This document shows positions 1 to 9,845 of a stretch of DNA of 64,000 bases, one piece after another. The first letter of the stretch is position 1; the number at the start of each line of letters is the position of its first letter. The notes beneath the pieces were generated by a model. It ran no database searches and had not been told where the DNA came from. It saw only the letters and a list, made by a program, of their open reading frames with translations. The stretch comes from Methanothrix sp. (GTDB lineage: Archaea > Halobacteriota > Methanosarcinia > Methanotrichales > Methanotrichaceae), in the NCBI GenBank assembly GCA_963682135.1, contig OY821645.1, positions 2,816,001-2,880,000 of the forward strand. Reading direction: 5' to 3'. The position numbers were made by a program, and so were the translations under genes.

Positions 1-115
1 AGTATAATTTCATAAAACCACCAGCATCTCATGGTCGGATAACATGCCCAGGCTGACAGAAAGTGCATCTAACGCGCATTCAATGAGCTCTTCTGAGGCG
101 GATGAGATGGACCAG

Positions 116-269
116 ATGCGAGACAAAAAGCTTTTTAAATCACTACTGAAATTAGGAAAGTACGTAAGAAATCAGTTGCTTGTTGACGGCTAAATCGGTC
201 ATCGTCTGAATTGAGGCTATGATAAGAGGGGATGACTGGATAGCCGGGGCTTTAGAGATTCTATTTTGA
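116..269 (+). promoter_or_regulatory. Repeated leader module copy A: BRE/TATA, hairpin and 16-codon sORF
   Basis: 183-256 is 70/74 identical to the reverse complement of 46700-46773, and weaker homology extends to 116/46839. AAAAAGCTTTTTAAAT at 125-140. Stem CGGCTA..TCGGTCATC / GATGACTGG.TAGCCG. ATG219..TGA269 encodes MIRGDDWIAGALEILF. Confidence 0.6.
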
Positions 270-298
270 TATAACCAAGACAACGAGTTTGATCATAT

Positions 299-612
299 CG
301 GTTTACGATTTTCACCACAAAGCTCACAAAGAATGCACAAAGTTTATTTAGCCGATTCGCAAGCAGAAGTTTTAATTATCAAGCTACTATTTTTACCGCA
401 GAAACGCAGAGTTAGCCGAGCCACGTAACTTCCCCTAATTAGCACCACTTGAAAAAGGATAGCTCACAACTTTTGAGTAGTAGTCGTCTCCGTCGTTCGT
501 CCTCCGCGTGCTCTGCGCCTCTGTGGTTTTATTCTCGTTAACCCCTGGTTATAATCATCGATCATGTGGACTAAAACCAACGGCTTACGACGATCACCAC
601 AAAGCCACAAAT
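299..612. repeat. Cluster of CACCACAAAG / CGCAGAG-type palindromic (REP-like) repeats
   Basis: GGTTTACGA..TCACCACAAAG units at ~299 and ~582. ACCGCAGAAACGCAGAG (395-411) pairs with CTCTGCGCCTCTGTGGT (511-527). Confidence 0.7.
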
Positions 613-658
613 AACTCTAAAAACATGAGTATTTATACAAAGAGTGTGGAATTTCTGT

Positions 659-1222
659 ATGATGAAGCTCATTGCATTTGTATCCGGCAAAGTCCAGGAG
701 GTTGGCTATCGAGCCAGGATAGTCGATATAGCCAATGCAATTGGCCTCAAGGGCATGGTCGAGAATCAAAAGGATGGCCGGGTGAAGATAATCGCTGAGG
801 GCGAGGATGAAAAGCTCAAATGGTTTGAGAGTGCCATAGATATAAAGAATACCTTGATCTATGTCTCGTCCATTGAAACGGTATATTCTCCTGCATGCAA
901 TGAGTTCGACAATTTCGGCAAGCTGGTGGTTAAAGGCGAGACCGACAGTAGGCTAGACACGGCTGCAGTCTATCTAAAAGAGCTCGTTTCTGTGGTCAAG
1001 AATATGAATGATAACCTGGGCGGCAAGATGGACCAAATGCTCGGCAAGCAGGATCAAATGATCGATAAACAGGATCAGATGCTCGGCAAGCAGGACGAAC
1101 TTCTGGATGAAGTCAGGGATATAAACGGGAAGTTCGACAGGGTGCTGGAAAATGATATCGTTGAATTGAAGAACGATATGGCCGAGGTAAAAGCCGCTCT
1201 GAGAGAAAAAGGAATAATCTAA
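659..1222 (+). CDS. acyP: Acylphosphatase-domain protein with C-terminal coiled-coil heptad repeats
   Basis: SGKVQEVGYR...GMVENQKDGRVKIIAEG acylphosphatase motif, then (DQMLGKQ)-type heptads. TATA-like TTTATACA at 632. Confidence 0.8.
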   Translation: MMKLIAFVSGKVQEVGYRARIVDIANAIGLKGMVENQKDGRVKIIAEGEDEKLKWFESAIDIKNTLIYVSSIETVYSPACNEFDNFGKLVVKGETDSRLDTAAVYLKELVSVVKNMNDNLGGKMDQMLGKQDQMIDKQDQMLGKQDELLDEVRDINGKFDRVLENDIVELKNDMAEVKAALREKGII

Positions 1223-1267
1223 TAGAGACTGCATGACTTAGTTTCCTTCCGCTTTTTGAGAATACTA

Positions 1268-1372
1268 TGGTTTACGACTTTCACCACAAAGGCACAAAGC
1301 CACAGAGGACGCACAAAGGGATTAAAATGGTTTTAGTCGTTTATGTGCCTTTGTGGTGATCGTCCGTAACCA
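1268..1372. repeat. Complete CACCACAAAGGCAC...GTGCCTTTGTGGTG palindromic repeat
   Basis: TGGTTTACGAC..TCACCACAAAGGCAC pairs with GTGCCTTTGTGGTGA..CGTAACCA. Same family as 299-612. Confidence 0.75.
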
Positions 1373-1469
1373 CTGAATATAATCCCCAATTCTCAAATCC
1401 TAAAGAAAGGTTACTTCCCATGCATACTATTAATCCCTCCCAAATACCAAACCGCAGCGAGGCTATATC

Positions 1470-2159
1470 TTGTCTGCTCTGGATCGGGGCATTGACCTGG
1501 TCATAGGCTCGCGGTTCTTCAGAGGGAACGGCCAGGAGGTTCCCACCTATCGCAAGGTTGGCATGAAGGTTCTGGATACCACCATCAACTTCCTGGGGGG
1601 CCTTTCTGTCACCGACACCCAGAGCGGCTTTCGCGCCTACGGAAAGCGGGCGATAGACTGCATTTGCATTGATGACGACGGCATGTCTGCCGGCTCGGAG
1701 ATACTTCTTCAGGCCAAGGATAACCGGCTGAAGGTAGAAGTGGTGGAGATTCATTGCAGCTACGCTGTGGAGAAGGCCTCGAAGCAGAATCCGGTGAGCC
1801 ACGGTGTCAAAGTGCTCTTGATCTTGCTGCAGGATATGGAACTGAGAAGGCCGCTGTACTATTTCACGCTGCCGGGGATGATATTTGCGGCGGTGGGAAT
1901 TGGCATAGGTCTGGAGCTGCTCAGGGTCTTTTATCATGGCGGGCAGCTCAGCTATGGTCTCACCATTCTGATGATACTGACGACTCTGGTGGGGTCATTC
2001 ATGGCTTTTACGGGGATTATTCTGCATGCCATCTCCAAGCTGATCGATCAATCCATGAAGCGGATGGATGCTTCTCGGAGGGTGAGGACGGAGCTTAGCT
2101 CGGGCGGGGTGACACATGAGAATCGCAGTGATATTGGGAACGCGGCCGGAGATAATTAA
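1470..2159 (+). pseudogene. 5'-truncated GT2 (DPM1-like) glycosyltransferase
   Basis: Begins mid-domain (DLVIGSRF...DTQSGFRAY) with two C-terminal TM helices. The N-terminal IPAYNE/DDGS region is missing. Confidence 0.7.
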
Positions 2160-3201
2160 GATGGCACCGGTGATCAGGGAGTGCCGACGAAGGGGGCTGG
2201 ATCATTTCGTGCTGCATACCGGGCAGCACTACTCCTACGAGATGGACCGGGTATTCTTTGAGCAGCTTGAGATTCCTCCGGCGGAGTTCAATCTGGATGC
2301 AGGATCCGGCACTCATGCCGATCAGACAGGCCGGATCATGACGGGCATCGAGAAGGTGCTGATGAAGACCGAGCCGGATGTGGTCCTGGTGCAGGGGGAT
2401 ACGAATACGGTTCTGGCCGGTGCACTGGCGGCCTCGAAGCTGCATATCAAGGTTGGGCACGTGGAGGCTGGGCTGTGCAGCTACGACCGGAACATGCCTG
2501 AGGAGATCAACCGGATTGTAGCAGATCATATTTCTGATTACCTGTTTGCTCCAACGGAAAATTCCAAATCGAATCTGATAAAAGAGGGAATCGCTGAAGA
2601 GAAGATATCCGTCACGGGAAACACCATTGTTGATTCAGTCTACCAGAATAGAGAGATAGCTGAGAGAAAGGTCAATGTGCTCAAGGATCTGGGGCTGAAG
2701 CCAAAGGAATATTTTCTGGTAACAGCTCACCGGGCGGAGAATGTTGATAATAGAGCCAGGCTGAAAGAGATTCTCAAAGGTTTGGAGCTGATTAGGTGCG
2801 AGTTTGGTTTGCCTGTTATCTTTCCCATGCATCCTCGGACTCGAAAGATGGTAAATGAATTCGGGCTGGGCCTTGACGGCATCAGGGCAATAGAGCCAAT
2901 GGGTTTTCTGGAGTTTCTGCAACTGGAGGCCAATGCCAGGCTGGCTTTGACCGACTCGGGAGGGGTGCAGGAGGAGACATGCATCTTGGGTGTGCCGTGC
3001 GTGACGCTGCGGGAGAATACGGAGAGGCCGGAGACAGTGGATGTTAAATCTAATATCCTTGCTGGGGCTGATGGTGGGACGATTCTGGAAAAGGCAAAGC
3101 AAATCCTGCAGCAAAGCAATAGCTGGAAGAACCCATTCGGAGATGGCAATGCGGGGAGAACAATTATAAGGCATATCGTGCCGCATGAACTCAGCAATTA
3201 G
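2116..3201 (+). CDS. wecB: UDP-N-acetylglucosamine 2-epimerase (non-hydrolysing)
   Basis: GTRPEIIKM, HTGQH, QGDTNT, HVEAGL, TDSGGVQEE and TERPE motifs. Confidence 0.95.
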   Translation: MRIAVILGTRPEIIKMAPVIRECRRRGLDHFVLHTGQHYSYEMDRVFFEQLEIPPAEFNLDAGSGTHADQTGRIMTGIEKVLMKTEPDVVLVQGDTNTVLAGALAASKLHIKVGHVEAGLCSYDRNMPEEINRIVADHISDYLFAPTENSKSNLIKEGIAEEKISVTGNTIVDSVYQNREIAERKVNVLKDLGLKPKEYFLVTAHRAENVDNRARLKEILKGLELIRCEFGLPVIFPMHPRTRKMVNEFGLGLDGIRAIEPMGFLEFLQLEANARLALTDSGGVQEETCILGVPCVTLRENTERPETVDVKSNILAGADGGTILEKAKQILQQSNSWKNPFGDGNAGRTIIRHIVPHELSN

Positions 3202-3240
3202 TTAGAATAATTATACTATTATTATACGGAGTTTTATTTC

Positions 3241-4224
3241 ATGAATATATTAGATGAAAAAAAAATTTTGATAACTGGCGGCACAGGTTCATTCGGCAAT
3301 GCTTTCATAGATTTTGCTCAGGATTATGATACAAAATTTGTCGTCTTCAGCCGGGATGAAAAGAAGCAGCATGATATGTATATTGAGCGGATGAATGATA
3401 ATATCGCCTATGTAGTCGGAGATATACGCGACAAGGGCAAGTTATTGAAGTATTTCAAGGACGTTGATTACATTCTGCATGCTGCTGCTTTAAAGCATGT
3501 TCCAACCGGAGAAAATTTCCCCGAAGAAGTCATAAAGACAAATATTCTCGGCACGCAAAATGTCATAGACGCCGCGGAAGAATGCGGCGTCGAAAAAATC
3601 GTGAATCTTAGCACAGATAAGGCAGTGTATCCTATAAATGCTTATGGAATGAGCAAAGCATTGGCTGAAAAATTGATCAGTGCTCACAATGGCAACACCA
3701 CATGCATGAGCTTAAGATATGGAAATGTTTTGGGCTCGAGAGGGTCTGTCATTCCCTTGTTCCTGGGCCAAATTAATAATAATAAGCCAATGACTATCAC
3801 AAATTATGACATGACCCGTTTTTTATTACCATTAAACAATGCGGTTTCCCTGGCGCTCAAATGCCTTGAAGTAGGGAATAAGGGCGATCTTTTTGTAATC
3901 AAGCCCCCAGCATCTAGCGTGCGCGCGCTAGTGGATGCATTTGAACTGCATTTCCATAAGCAATTGGAGCAGAAACTTATTGGGGTCAGACCTGGCGAAA
4001 AGATGGATGAGACGCTATTGACCCCCGAAGAGATAATCCGATCTTCAACCATAAAGCAGAATGGAATTATTTATGCCAGGATATCCAGACTGGAAGCGAA
4101 TATTGGGGACTATTTCTACAAGGGCGATGACTTTAAGCCATCTGAGCCATTTACTTCTGCCAATACAATTCAATTGGATGCTGCACAGGTTTTGGATACC
4201 ATTCGTCAGGCGGGCTTGCTATAA
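3241..4224 (+). CDS. fnlA: UDP-GlcNAc 4,6-dehydratase/epimerase (FnlA/WbjB/CapE-like)
   Basis: TGGTGSFG, FSRDEKKQ, HAAALKHVP, STDKAVYPINAYGMSK, RYGNVLGSRGSV. Confidence 0.88.
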   Translation: MNILDEKKILITGGTGSFGNAFIDFAQDYDTKFVVFSRDEKKQHDMYIERMNDNIAYVVGDIRDKGKLLKYFKDVDYILHAAALKHVPTGENFPEEVIKTNILGTQNVIDAAEECGVEKIVNLSTDKAVYPINAYGMSKALAEKLISAHNGNTTCMSLRYGNVLGSRGSVIPLFLGQINNNKPMTITNYDMTRFLLPLNNAVSLALKCLEVGNKGDLFVIKPPASSVRALVDAFELHFHKQLEQKLIGVRPGEKMDETLLTPEEIIRSSTIKQNGIIYARISRLEANIGDYFYKGDDFKPSEPFTSANTIQLDAAQVLDTIRQAGLL

Positions 4225-4880
4225 AGACTGGAATAACCGGCAGCAAAGGGTTTATAGGCAGTCATCTGACCAAGCATTTGCATGATCCATTATTATTCAA
4301 AGGGGATCTGACAAATATAAGAGATGTCTGTGAGTTCGTCAGCGGCTGTGACAGAATTTACCATCTTGCTGGAAAGAATAGAGAGCAACCTGGAGAAATA
4401 CTCAAGAATAATATCGTATCAACATCCAATTTGATTCTTGCTTGCAAGATCAAGAGAGTAGATCCCGAGATAATTTTTGCATCATCTCAACAGGTTATTT
4501 GGAACAGCGACTCTGAATATGGATTTGTGAAGAGCGTTGAAGAAGAGATCGTAAAAAAGGCTAATAAATGGTGCATATTCAGAATTCCCAATGTTTATGG
4601 ACCGGGATGCAAGCCGTTTTACAATTCCGTGATTGCGACGTTCTGCTATCAGATTTCAAAAGGGGAAAGCGTTACCATCCACGATTCATCAGTAAAGCGT
4701 GAATTCATATTCGTTGATGATTTGGTGGAGCGACTTCTCGATCCGGGATTTAATTCGTTGAAATTGATAAATGGCGAGACCATAACCGTTGGAGAAATTC
4801 ATTCCTTTTTGACGGATAAATTAGGTAGACACAAAAAGCTGGAGAAATGCTTGCAGTCATATAAGCAATTGGCGGATTAG
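4221..4880 (+). CDS. fnlB: FnlB/WbjC N-terminal reductase domain (start codon ATA or lost)
   Basis: In-frame KTGITGSKGFIG Rossmann motif from 4221, upstream of the ORF-track start 4278. RIPNVYGPGCKPFYNSVIATFC is typical of WbjC/CapF. Confidence 0.75.
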   Translation: MKTGITGSKGFIGSHLTKHLHDPLLFKGDLTNIRDVCEFVSGCDRIYHLAGKNREQPGEILKNNIVSTSNLILACKIKRVDPEIIFASSQQVIWNSDSEYGFVKSVEEEIVKKANKWCIFRIPNVYGPGCKPFYNSVIATFCYQISKGESVTIHDSSVKREFIFVDDLVERLLDPGFNSLKLINGETITVGEIHSFLTDKLGRHKKLEKCLQSYKQLAD

Positions 4881-5246
4881 ATGTATCCAATTCATAAAAA
4901 TAAAACGGGATTATTTCAGGAGCTGGCCAGAACCAAAGATGTGAAATTCGGCCAGATCAGTCTGCTGGTTATCAAATCAGGATGCTCACGAGGCGGTCAC
5001 TACCACACCAGAAAAGAGGAATGGTTTTGCTGTATCCGGGGACAATGCAGAATGGACTTGCAGAATATTCATTCGCTGGCAACTAAGGACATATTATTTG
5101 ATGAGGCGACAAGAGAGTTCATTAAAGTCGAGCCTTTTTGGAGTCACACTTTGACCAACATAAGTGATGAAAAAGCATGTGACATTATCATAATCATAAG
5201 TGAAGAATATAATGAATTCGACCCAGATACTTTCAAATTTGAGTGA
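4881..5246 (+). CDS. Stand-alone cupin, FnlB/WbjC C-terminal epimerase domain
   Basis: GQIS...RGGHYHTRKEEWF...PDT motifs of the CapF/WbjC cupin. Confidence 0.8.
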   Translation: MYPIHKNKTGLFQELARTKDVKFGQISLLVIKSGCSRGGHYHTRKEEWFCCIRGQCRMDLQNIHSLATKDILFDEATREFIKVEPFWSHTLTNISDEKACDIIIIISEEYNEFDPDTFKFE

Positions 5247-5257
5247 TTAGGGGATTG

Positions 5258-6400
5258 ATGTCCGAACTAAAGGTAATGACCATAATGGGCACCAGGCCCG
5301 AGATCATCCGCTTATCGGAAACTATTAAGCGATTAGATAAATATACAAACCATATTCTGGTACACACCAATCAGAACTATGATTATGAGTTGAACAAAGT
5401 CTTTTTTGAGGAGCTCAATTTAAGAAATCCGGATTATCTTCTGGATGTCAAGTCCGCTACAATCGGAGAACAGATAGGAAAGATACTGACCCAAACAGAG
5501 AAGGTCATGATAGATGAAAAGCCGGATGCAATTCTTATTCTGGGAGACACAAATAGTGCATTATCCTGCATAGTAGCTAAGAGATTGAAGATACCAATTT
5601 TTCATATGGAAGCCGGGAACAGATGCTTCGACGATAGAGTCCCGGAAGAGATCAACCGGAGAATAGTTGATCATACATCCGACATTAACATGCCTTATAC
5701 TGAGCATGCTCGCAGAAATCTCTTGCGGGAAGGATTGAGCCCGGAAATCATTTTTGTAACCGGCTCGCCGATGGCAGAAGTACTCAAAGTAAATATGGAA
5801 AAAATTGAAGGATCATCAATATTACAAAAACTTAATTTGGAAAAGGATAGGTATTTCTTAATTAGTATACATCGAGAGGAAAATGTTGATACTATAAGTA
5901 ATCTAAAAATAATATTAGATACTCTAAATTTAATAGCAAATAAATATGGTTATCCTCTAATAATATCTACGCATCCTAGAACTCAAAAACGTATCGATGA
6001 GTTAAAGATTATAAAGAACGACCTGATGCATTTTCACAAGCCATTCGGCATGTTTGATTTCATCAAGTTACAGAAAAATGCCTACTGTACGATATCTGAT
6101 AGCGGGACTATTCATGAGGATGCCGGTATTATGGGGATCCCTGCATTGGTAATTAGAGAAAGCTCTGAACGACCGGAGGCTTTCGATATGGGTAATGTCA
6201 TCCTCACAGGAATTAATTCTCAACAAATCCTTCAATCAATTTATGTTGTAAGAAATCAGTACGACGAGGGCATTAGATTTTCAATACCAGATGATTATCA
6301 GGATATTAATGTCTCTAATAAGGTGATACGTTTAATAATCGGATTGAACAAAATATTACTAAATAAAAAATATTATATTGAACTGCACTCAATCAGATAG
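5258..6400 (+). CDS. fnlC: UDP-2-acetamido-2,6-dideoxy-hexose 2-epimerase (FnlC/WbjD)
   Basis: GTRPEIIRLS, HTNQNYDYELN, HMEAGNRCFD, PEEINRRIVDH, SDSGTI. Confidence 0.88.
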   Translation: MSELKVMTIMGTRPEIIRLSETIKRLDKYTNHILVHTNQNYDYELNKVFFEELNLRNPDYLLDVKSATIGEQIGKILTQTEKVMIDEKPDAILILGDTNSALSCIVAKRLKIPIFHMEAGNRCFDDRVPEEINRRIVDHTSDINMPYTEHARRNLLREGLSPEIIFVTGSPMAEVLKVNMEKIEGSSILQKLNLEKDRYFLISIHREENVDTISNLKIILDTLNLIANKYGYPLIISTHPRTQKRIDELKIIKNDLMHFHKPFGMFDFIKLQKNAYCTISDSGTIHEDAGIMGIPALVIRESSERPEAFDMGNVILTGINSQQILQSIYVVRNQYDEGIRFSIPDDYQDINVSNKVIRLIIGLNKILLNKKYYIELHSIR

Positions 6401-6438
6401 CTATACGCCAAAATTGCATAAGTAGTGAGCTGCTAAAT

Positions 6439-7830
6439 ATGTCTCTAAATACGATTCTAATTAACCCTTCCTGGGATACAAAATATCCTCAACCTCCACT
6501 GGGACTTGCAAGCTTAGCTGCGGTCTTAGAGACGAATGGTTATTCAGTTAAAGTTATAGATGCAAATGCATTGCGGCTCTCAGAACAGGGTGTTATAGAG
6601 CTTGTGGAGGACGCAGACGTTATTGGGATCACGGCAATGACCCCCATAATCAATTCAGCGATTAAGATTGCAAAGGGAATTAAGCAAGCCAACCCAAACA
6701 CGACAATAATCCTTGGCGGACCTCATGCAACTATATATTCAAAGGATATTTTAAAGAATATACCCGAGATAGATATAATCGTGAATGGGGAAGGCGAAGA
6801 TACAATTGTCGAGCTTTGTGAGGGACTGGAAGATAATAGCTTGGATGGAATTTATGGAATTACTTATCGAAAAGGAAATCAAGTTATAGAAAATCAATCC
6901 AGACCTCTAATAAACGACTTAGACACATTACCCTTTCTGGCATATCATCTTTTACCTATCAATAAATACAAATTGCATCCGCCGCATGGTAGAAAGTCCC
7001 CTTTGATGGCAATGCTTACAAGCAGAGGATGTCCCTATAATTGTATCTTCTGTTCTAAGTCTGTTTTTGGGAGCACATGGAGGGGCCAAAGTCCAAAAAG
7101 GATAGTAGATGAAATTGAGTTTCTCAGGGAAAAATTCAATATCAGGGAGATTGCCTTTTATGATGATTCATTTACGCTTAAAAGTAAAAAAATATTCCAA
7201 TTTACTGAAGAGCTAAAAAAACGGGATATTGATATTATTTGGACCTGTGAAACAAGAGTGAACTTAATTAATGAGGAAATGCTCAAGGCAATGAAAAATG
7301 CTGGTTGTTATATGATCGCATATGGGATCGAATCCGGGAACCAGTCGATTCTGTCTACCTTGAGAAAGAACATAACAACTGAACAAGTGCGATCTACAGT
7401 AGAGACGACACAAAAAGTTGGCATACGGACGGTTGGGTATTTCATGATAGGCTCGCCAGGAGAAACTACGGCAACTATACGTCAGACAATCAATTTTGCA
7501 AAGAGTCTTCCATTGGATTTTGCTCAGTTCTCTGTAACAATACCTTTTCCTGGCTCTGATCTTTATGATATATATTTTAGCAAATTCGATAAAGATCTCT
7601 GCTGGGATGATTTTATTTATGCACGTACTGACTCATTCGCACCACCCGTATTTGAAACTAGTAGGCTCTCTAAAAACGACCTAAGAAATTGGAATACAAC
7701 AGCATATAGCGAGTTTTATTTAAGGGCATCATATATATGGAATAGGTTCATTGGAATGAGGTCCGTAGGAGACCTCAAGACAAACATGACCGGCCTTCAA
7801 TTGTTCTTCGAAATGCGAGGCAGAAAGTAA
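6439..7830 (+). CDS. Cobalamin-binding radical SAM protein (class B methyltransferase-like)
   Basis: N-terminal PPLGLASLAA...GGPHAT B12 domain, SRGCPYNCIFC (CxxxCxxC), YGIESG. Confidence 0.9.
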   Translation: MSLNTILINPSWDTKYPQPPLGLASLAAVLETNGYSVKVIDANALRLSEQGVIELVEDADVIGITAMTPIINSAIKIAKGIKQANPNTTIILGGPHATIYSKDILKNIPEIDIIVNGEGEDTIVELCEGLEDNSLDGIYGITYRKGNQVIENQSRPLINDLDTLPFLAYHLLPINKYKLHPPHGRKSPLMAMLTSRGCPYNCIFCSKSVFGSTWRGQSPKRIVDEIEFLREKFNIREIAFYDDSFTLKSKKIFQFTEELKKRDIDIIWTCETRVNLINEEMLKAMKNAGCYMIAYGIESGNQSILSTLRKNITTEQVRSTVETTQKVGIRTVGYFMIGSPGETTATIRQTINFAKSLPLDFAQFSVTIPFPGSDLYDIYFSKFDKDLCWDDFIYARTDSFAPPVFETSRLSKNDLRNWNTTAYSEFYLRASYIWNRFIGMRSVGDLKTNMTGLQLFFEMRGRK

Positions 7831-9059
7831 TGAACGTGCTTTTTGTTCATGAAGTTGATTGGCTAAAGAAAGTAGTATTTGAAATACATGAGCTAGCCGA
7901 GTCGTTGTCCAAGCTAGGGCATAATGTTTATGCGATCGATTTTGAGGATTCCTGGAGGCGTAAAGGTAATTTGGATTTTGGATCCCTTAAGACTATTGAA
8001 TTTCGAGGAGTACATAGGGTTTATGATGATGCAGCGGTAACTCTAAGAAGACCTGGGTTTATTAAATTGCCAATTCTAGATCGTGTATCTGCTGCATTTA
8101 CTCATTATTACGAAATAGACAGAGTGGTAAGAGAAAAAAAGATTGATGTCATTGTTCTGTATTCAGCTCCTACGAACGGGCTACAGACAATAAAAATTGC
8201 AAAGAATCATAAAATTCCTGTAATTTTTAGGTCGGTGGATATCTTACACATGCTCGTACCTATAAAAGTTTTAAGGCCTTTAACATTTTATATCGAAAAG
8301 CTTGTTTATAGGAATGTAGATAAAATTTTAGCTATAACCCCAACGCTTGCGGAGTATGTTATTGATAATGGTGCCGACCTCGAGATTGTAGATCTACTTT
8401 TAATTGGAGTGAATATCGACAATTTTAGGCAGGATCTCGATGTTAGTGCTCTTAAAGAGCAATTAGGCATAACCGAACGAGACCGAGTTATTATCTTCAT
8501 CGGTACTTTTTTTGAGTTTTCAGGACTTGATCGATATATTGATCAATTTCCAGCCATTCTGCAGGCGGTCCCAGAGGCAAAATTGCTACTTGTCGGCGGA
8601 GGACACATTTTTGAAAAAATAAAAAATCAAGTCGATAAATTAGGGCTTAATGATAAAATTATATTGACAGATTTTCAACCATATAATTTGATGCCACTAT
8701 ATATAAATCTCGCAAGTATTTGCATAAATCCGTTTTTGATTAATAACACAACACGAGATATAATACCTGGAAAGATATATCAATACATTGCATGCGGCAA
8801 ACCTGTTATTGCCACACCATTAGACGGATTGAAATCTCTAATTCCAGATGAGAATTCGGGTGTAGTTTATTCCGATATAAAGGATTTTGGACAAAATACG
8901 ATCATTCTTTTAAAAAACAGCGGATACGCAAAATGTATCGGAAATAATGGCTATCACTATTGCTTAAAAAATAATGATCAATTGGTCGTGACTCATAAAT
9001 TGGAAACCTTCTTATTGGGTATAGTTAGAGATTTAGCAACGAGCATGCAGGACACTTAG
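7830..9059 (+). CDS. Glycosyltransferase family 4
   Basis: GT-B fold, PGKIYQYIACGKPVIAT. Confidence 0.88.
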   Translation: MNVLFVHEVDWLKKVVFEIHELAESLSKLGHNVYAIDFEDSWRRKGNLDFGSLKTIEFRGVHRVYDDAAVTLRRPGFIKLPILDRVSAAFTHYYEIDRVVREKKIDVIVLYSAPTNGLQTIKIAKNHKIPVIFRSVDILHMLVPIKVLRPLTFYIEKLVYRNVDKILAITPTLAEYVIDNGADLEIVDLLLIGVNIDNFRQDLDVSALKEQLGITERDRVIIFIGTFFEFSGLDRYIDQFPAILQAVPEAKLLLVGGGHIFEKIKNQVDKLGLNDKIILTDFQPYNLMPLYINLASICINPFLINNTTRDIIPGKIYQYIACGKPVIATPLDGLKSLIPDENSGVVYSDIKDFGQNTIILLKNSGYAKCIGNNGYHYCLKNNDQLVVTHKLETFLLGIVRDLATSMQDT

Positions 9060-9220
9060 TCTCAATCAGGTTTGTCTTGTTATAGTTACAAATTATAGTG
9101 AAAACATGCAAAATTAGAACATTAGGCTAATGGGAAATAGCGGCCTTGTACATGCTCAATAGAGCTACCAATTTGCCAGAACGATGATTATAAATAGATA
9201 TTGTTTAAATAACATTCATT

Positions 9221-9845
9221 GTGGTAGAAATTATACAAAAAGATCTTATCGGCCTTGACGTTAATAAGATCAACTTCGATGATAAAGAATCAGTTAAGTC
9301 CCTCATCATCACACTGCTCAACGTAGTTGAACAATTACTTCAGGAGAATCGGCAACTTCGAGTAGAGGTTCAGCAATTGAGAGATGAGAACGCTCGATTT
9401 AAAGGAGAGAAAGGCAAGCCGAAAATTGCACCAAATGTCCCTCCACGCGAGCCACAACTCCCACCCGCGGAGAAGTCTAAAAAGTGGTCGAAAGACTCGA
9501 AGAAGCCCAAGATAAAGATTGATCGGATGGTATCATTAAAGATAAATCCTGAGACATTGCCACCAGATGCTGTTTTCAAAGGGTTTAGCTCCATTGTTAT
9601 CCAAAACATACGGCTGCAAACTGATAATGTTGAATATCGGCGAGAACATTATTATTCCCCGTCAATGAATATGAACTATTATGCAGAGCTCCCGAAGGAT
9701 ATTCAAAGCACACAATTTGGCAGCGATCTGAAAGCACTCGTTGCTGTCCTTTATTACGTTGGCAGAGTGACCGAAAACAAGATCCATAGTATCCTGACTA
9801 ATTTTGGTACCATTATCTCGGAAGGCGAGATTTCTAACATGCTCA
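9221..9845 (+). pseudogene. IS66-like transposase N-terminal fragment
   Basis: Coiled-coil LRDENARFKGEKGKP, then YYSPS...FGSDLKA...ISEGEISNML, fused to an unrelated IS66 C-terminal fragment. Confidence 0.6.

Noticed and set aside
207-209. Conserved in-frame TGA as selenocysteine
   Set aside because: Methanosarcinales are not known to use Sec and no SECIS was recognised. More simply a stop codon.
1380-1470. TTCCCATG as another IS110 mini-element end
   Set aside because: No matching left end, hairpin or IR. Possibly a remnant of another IS but not classifiable.
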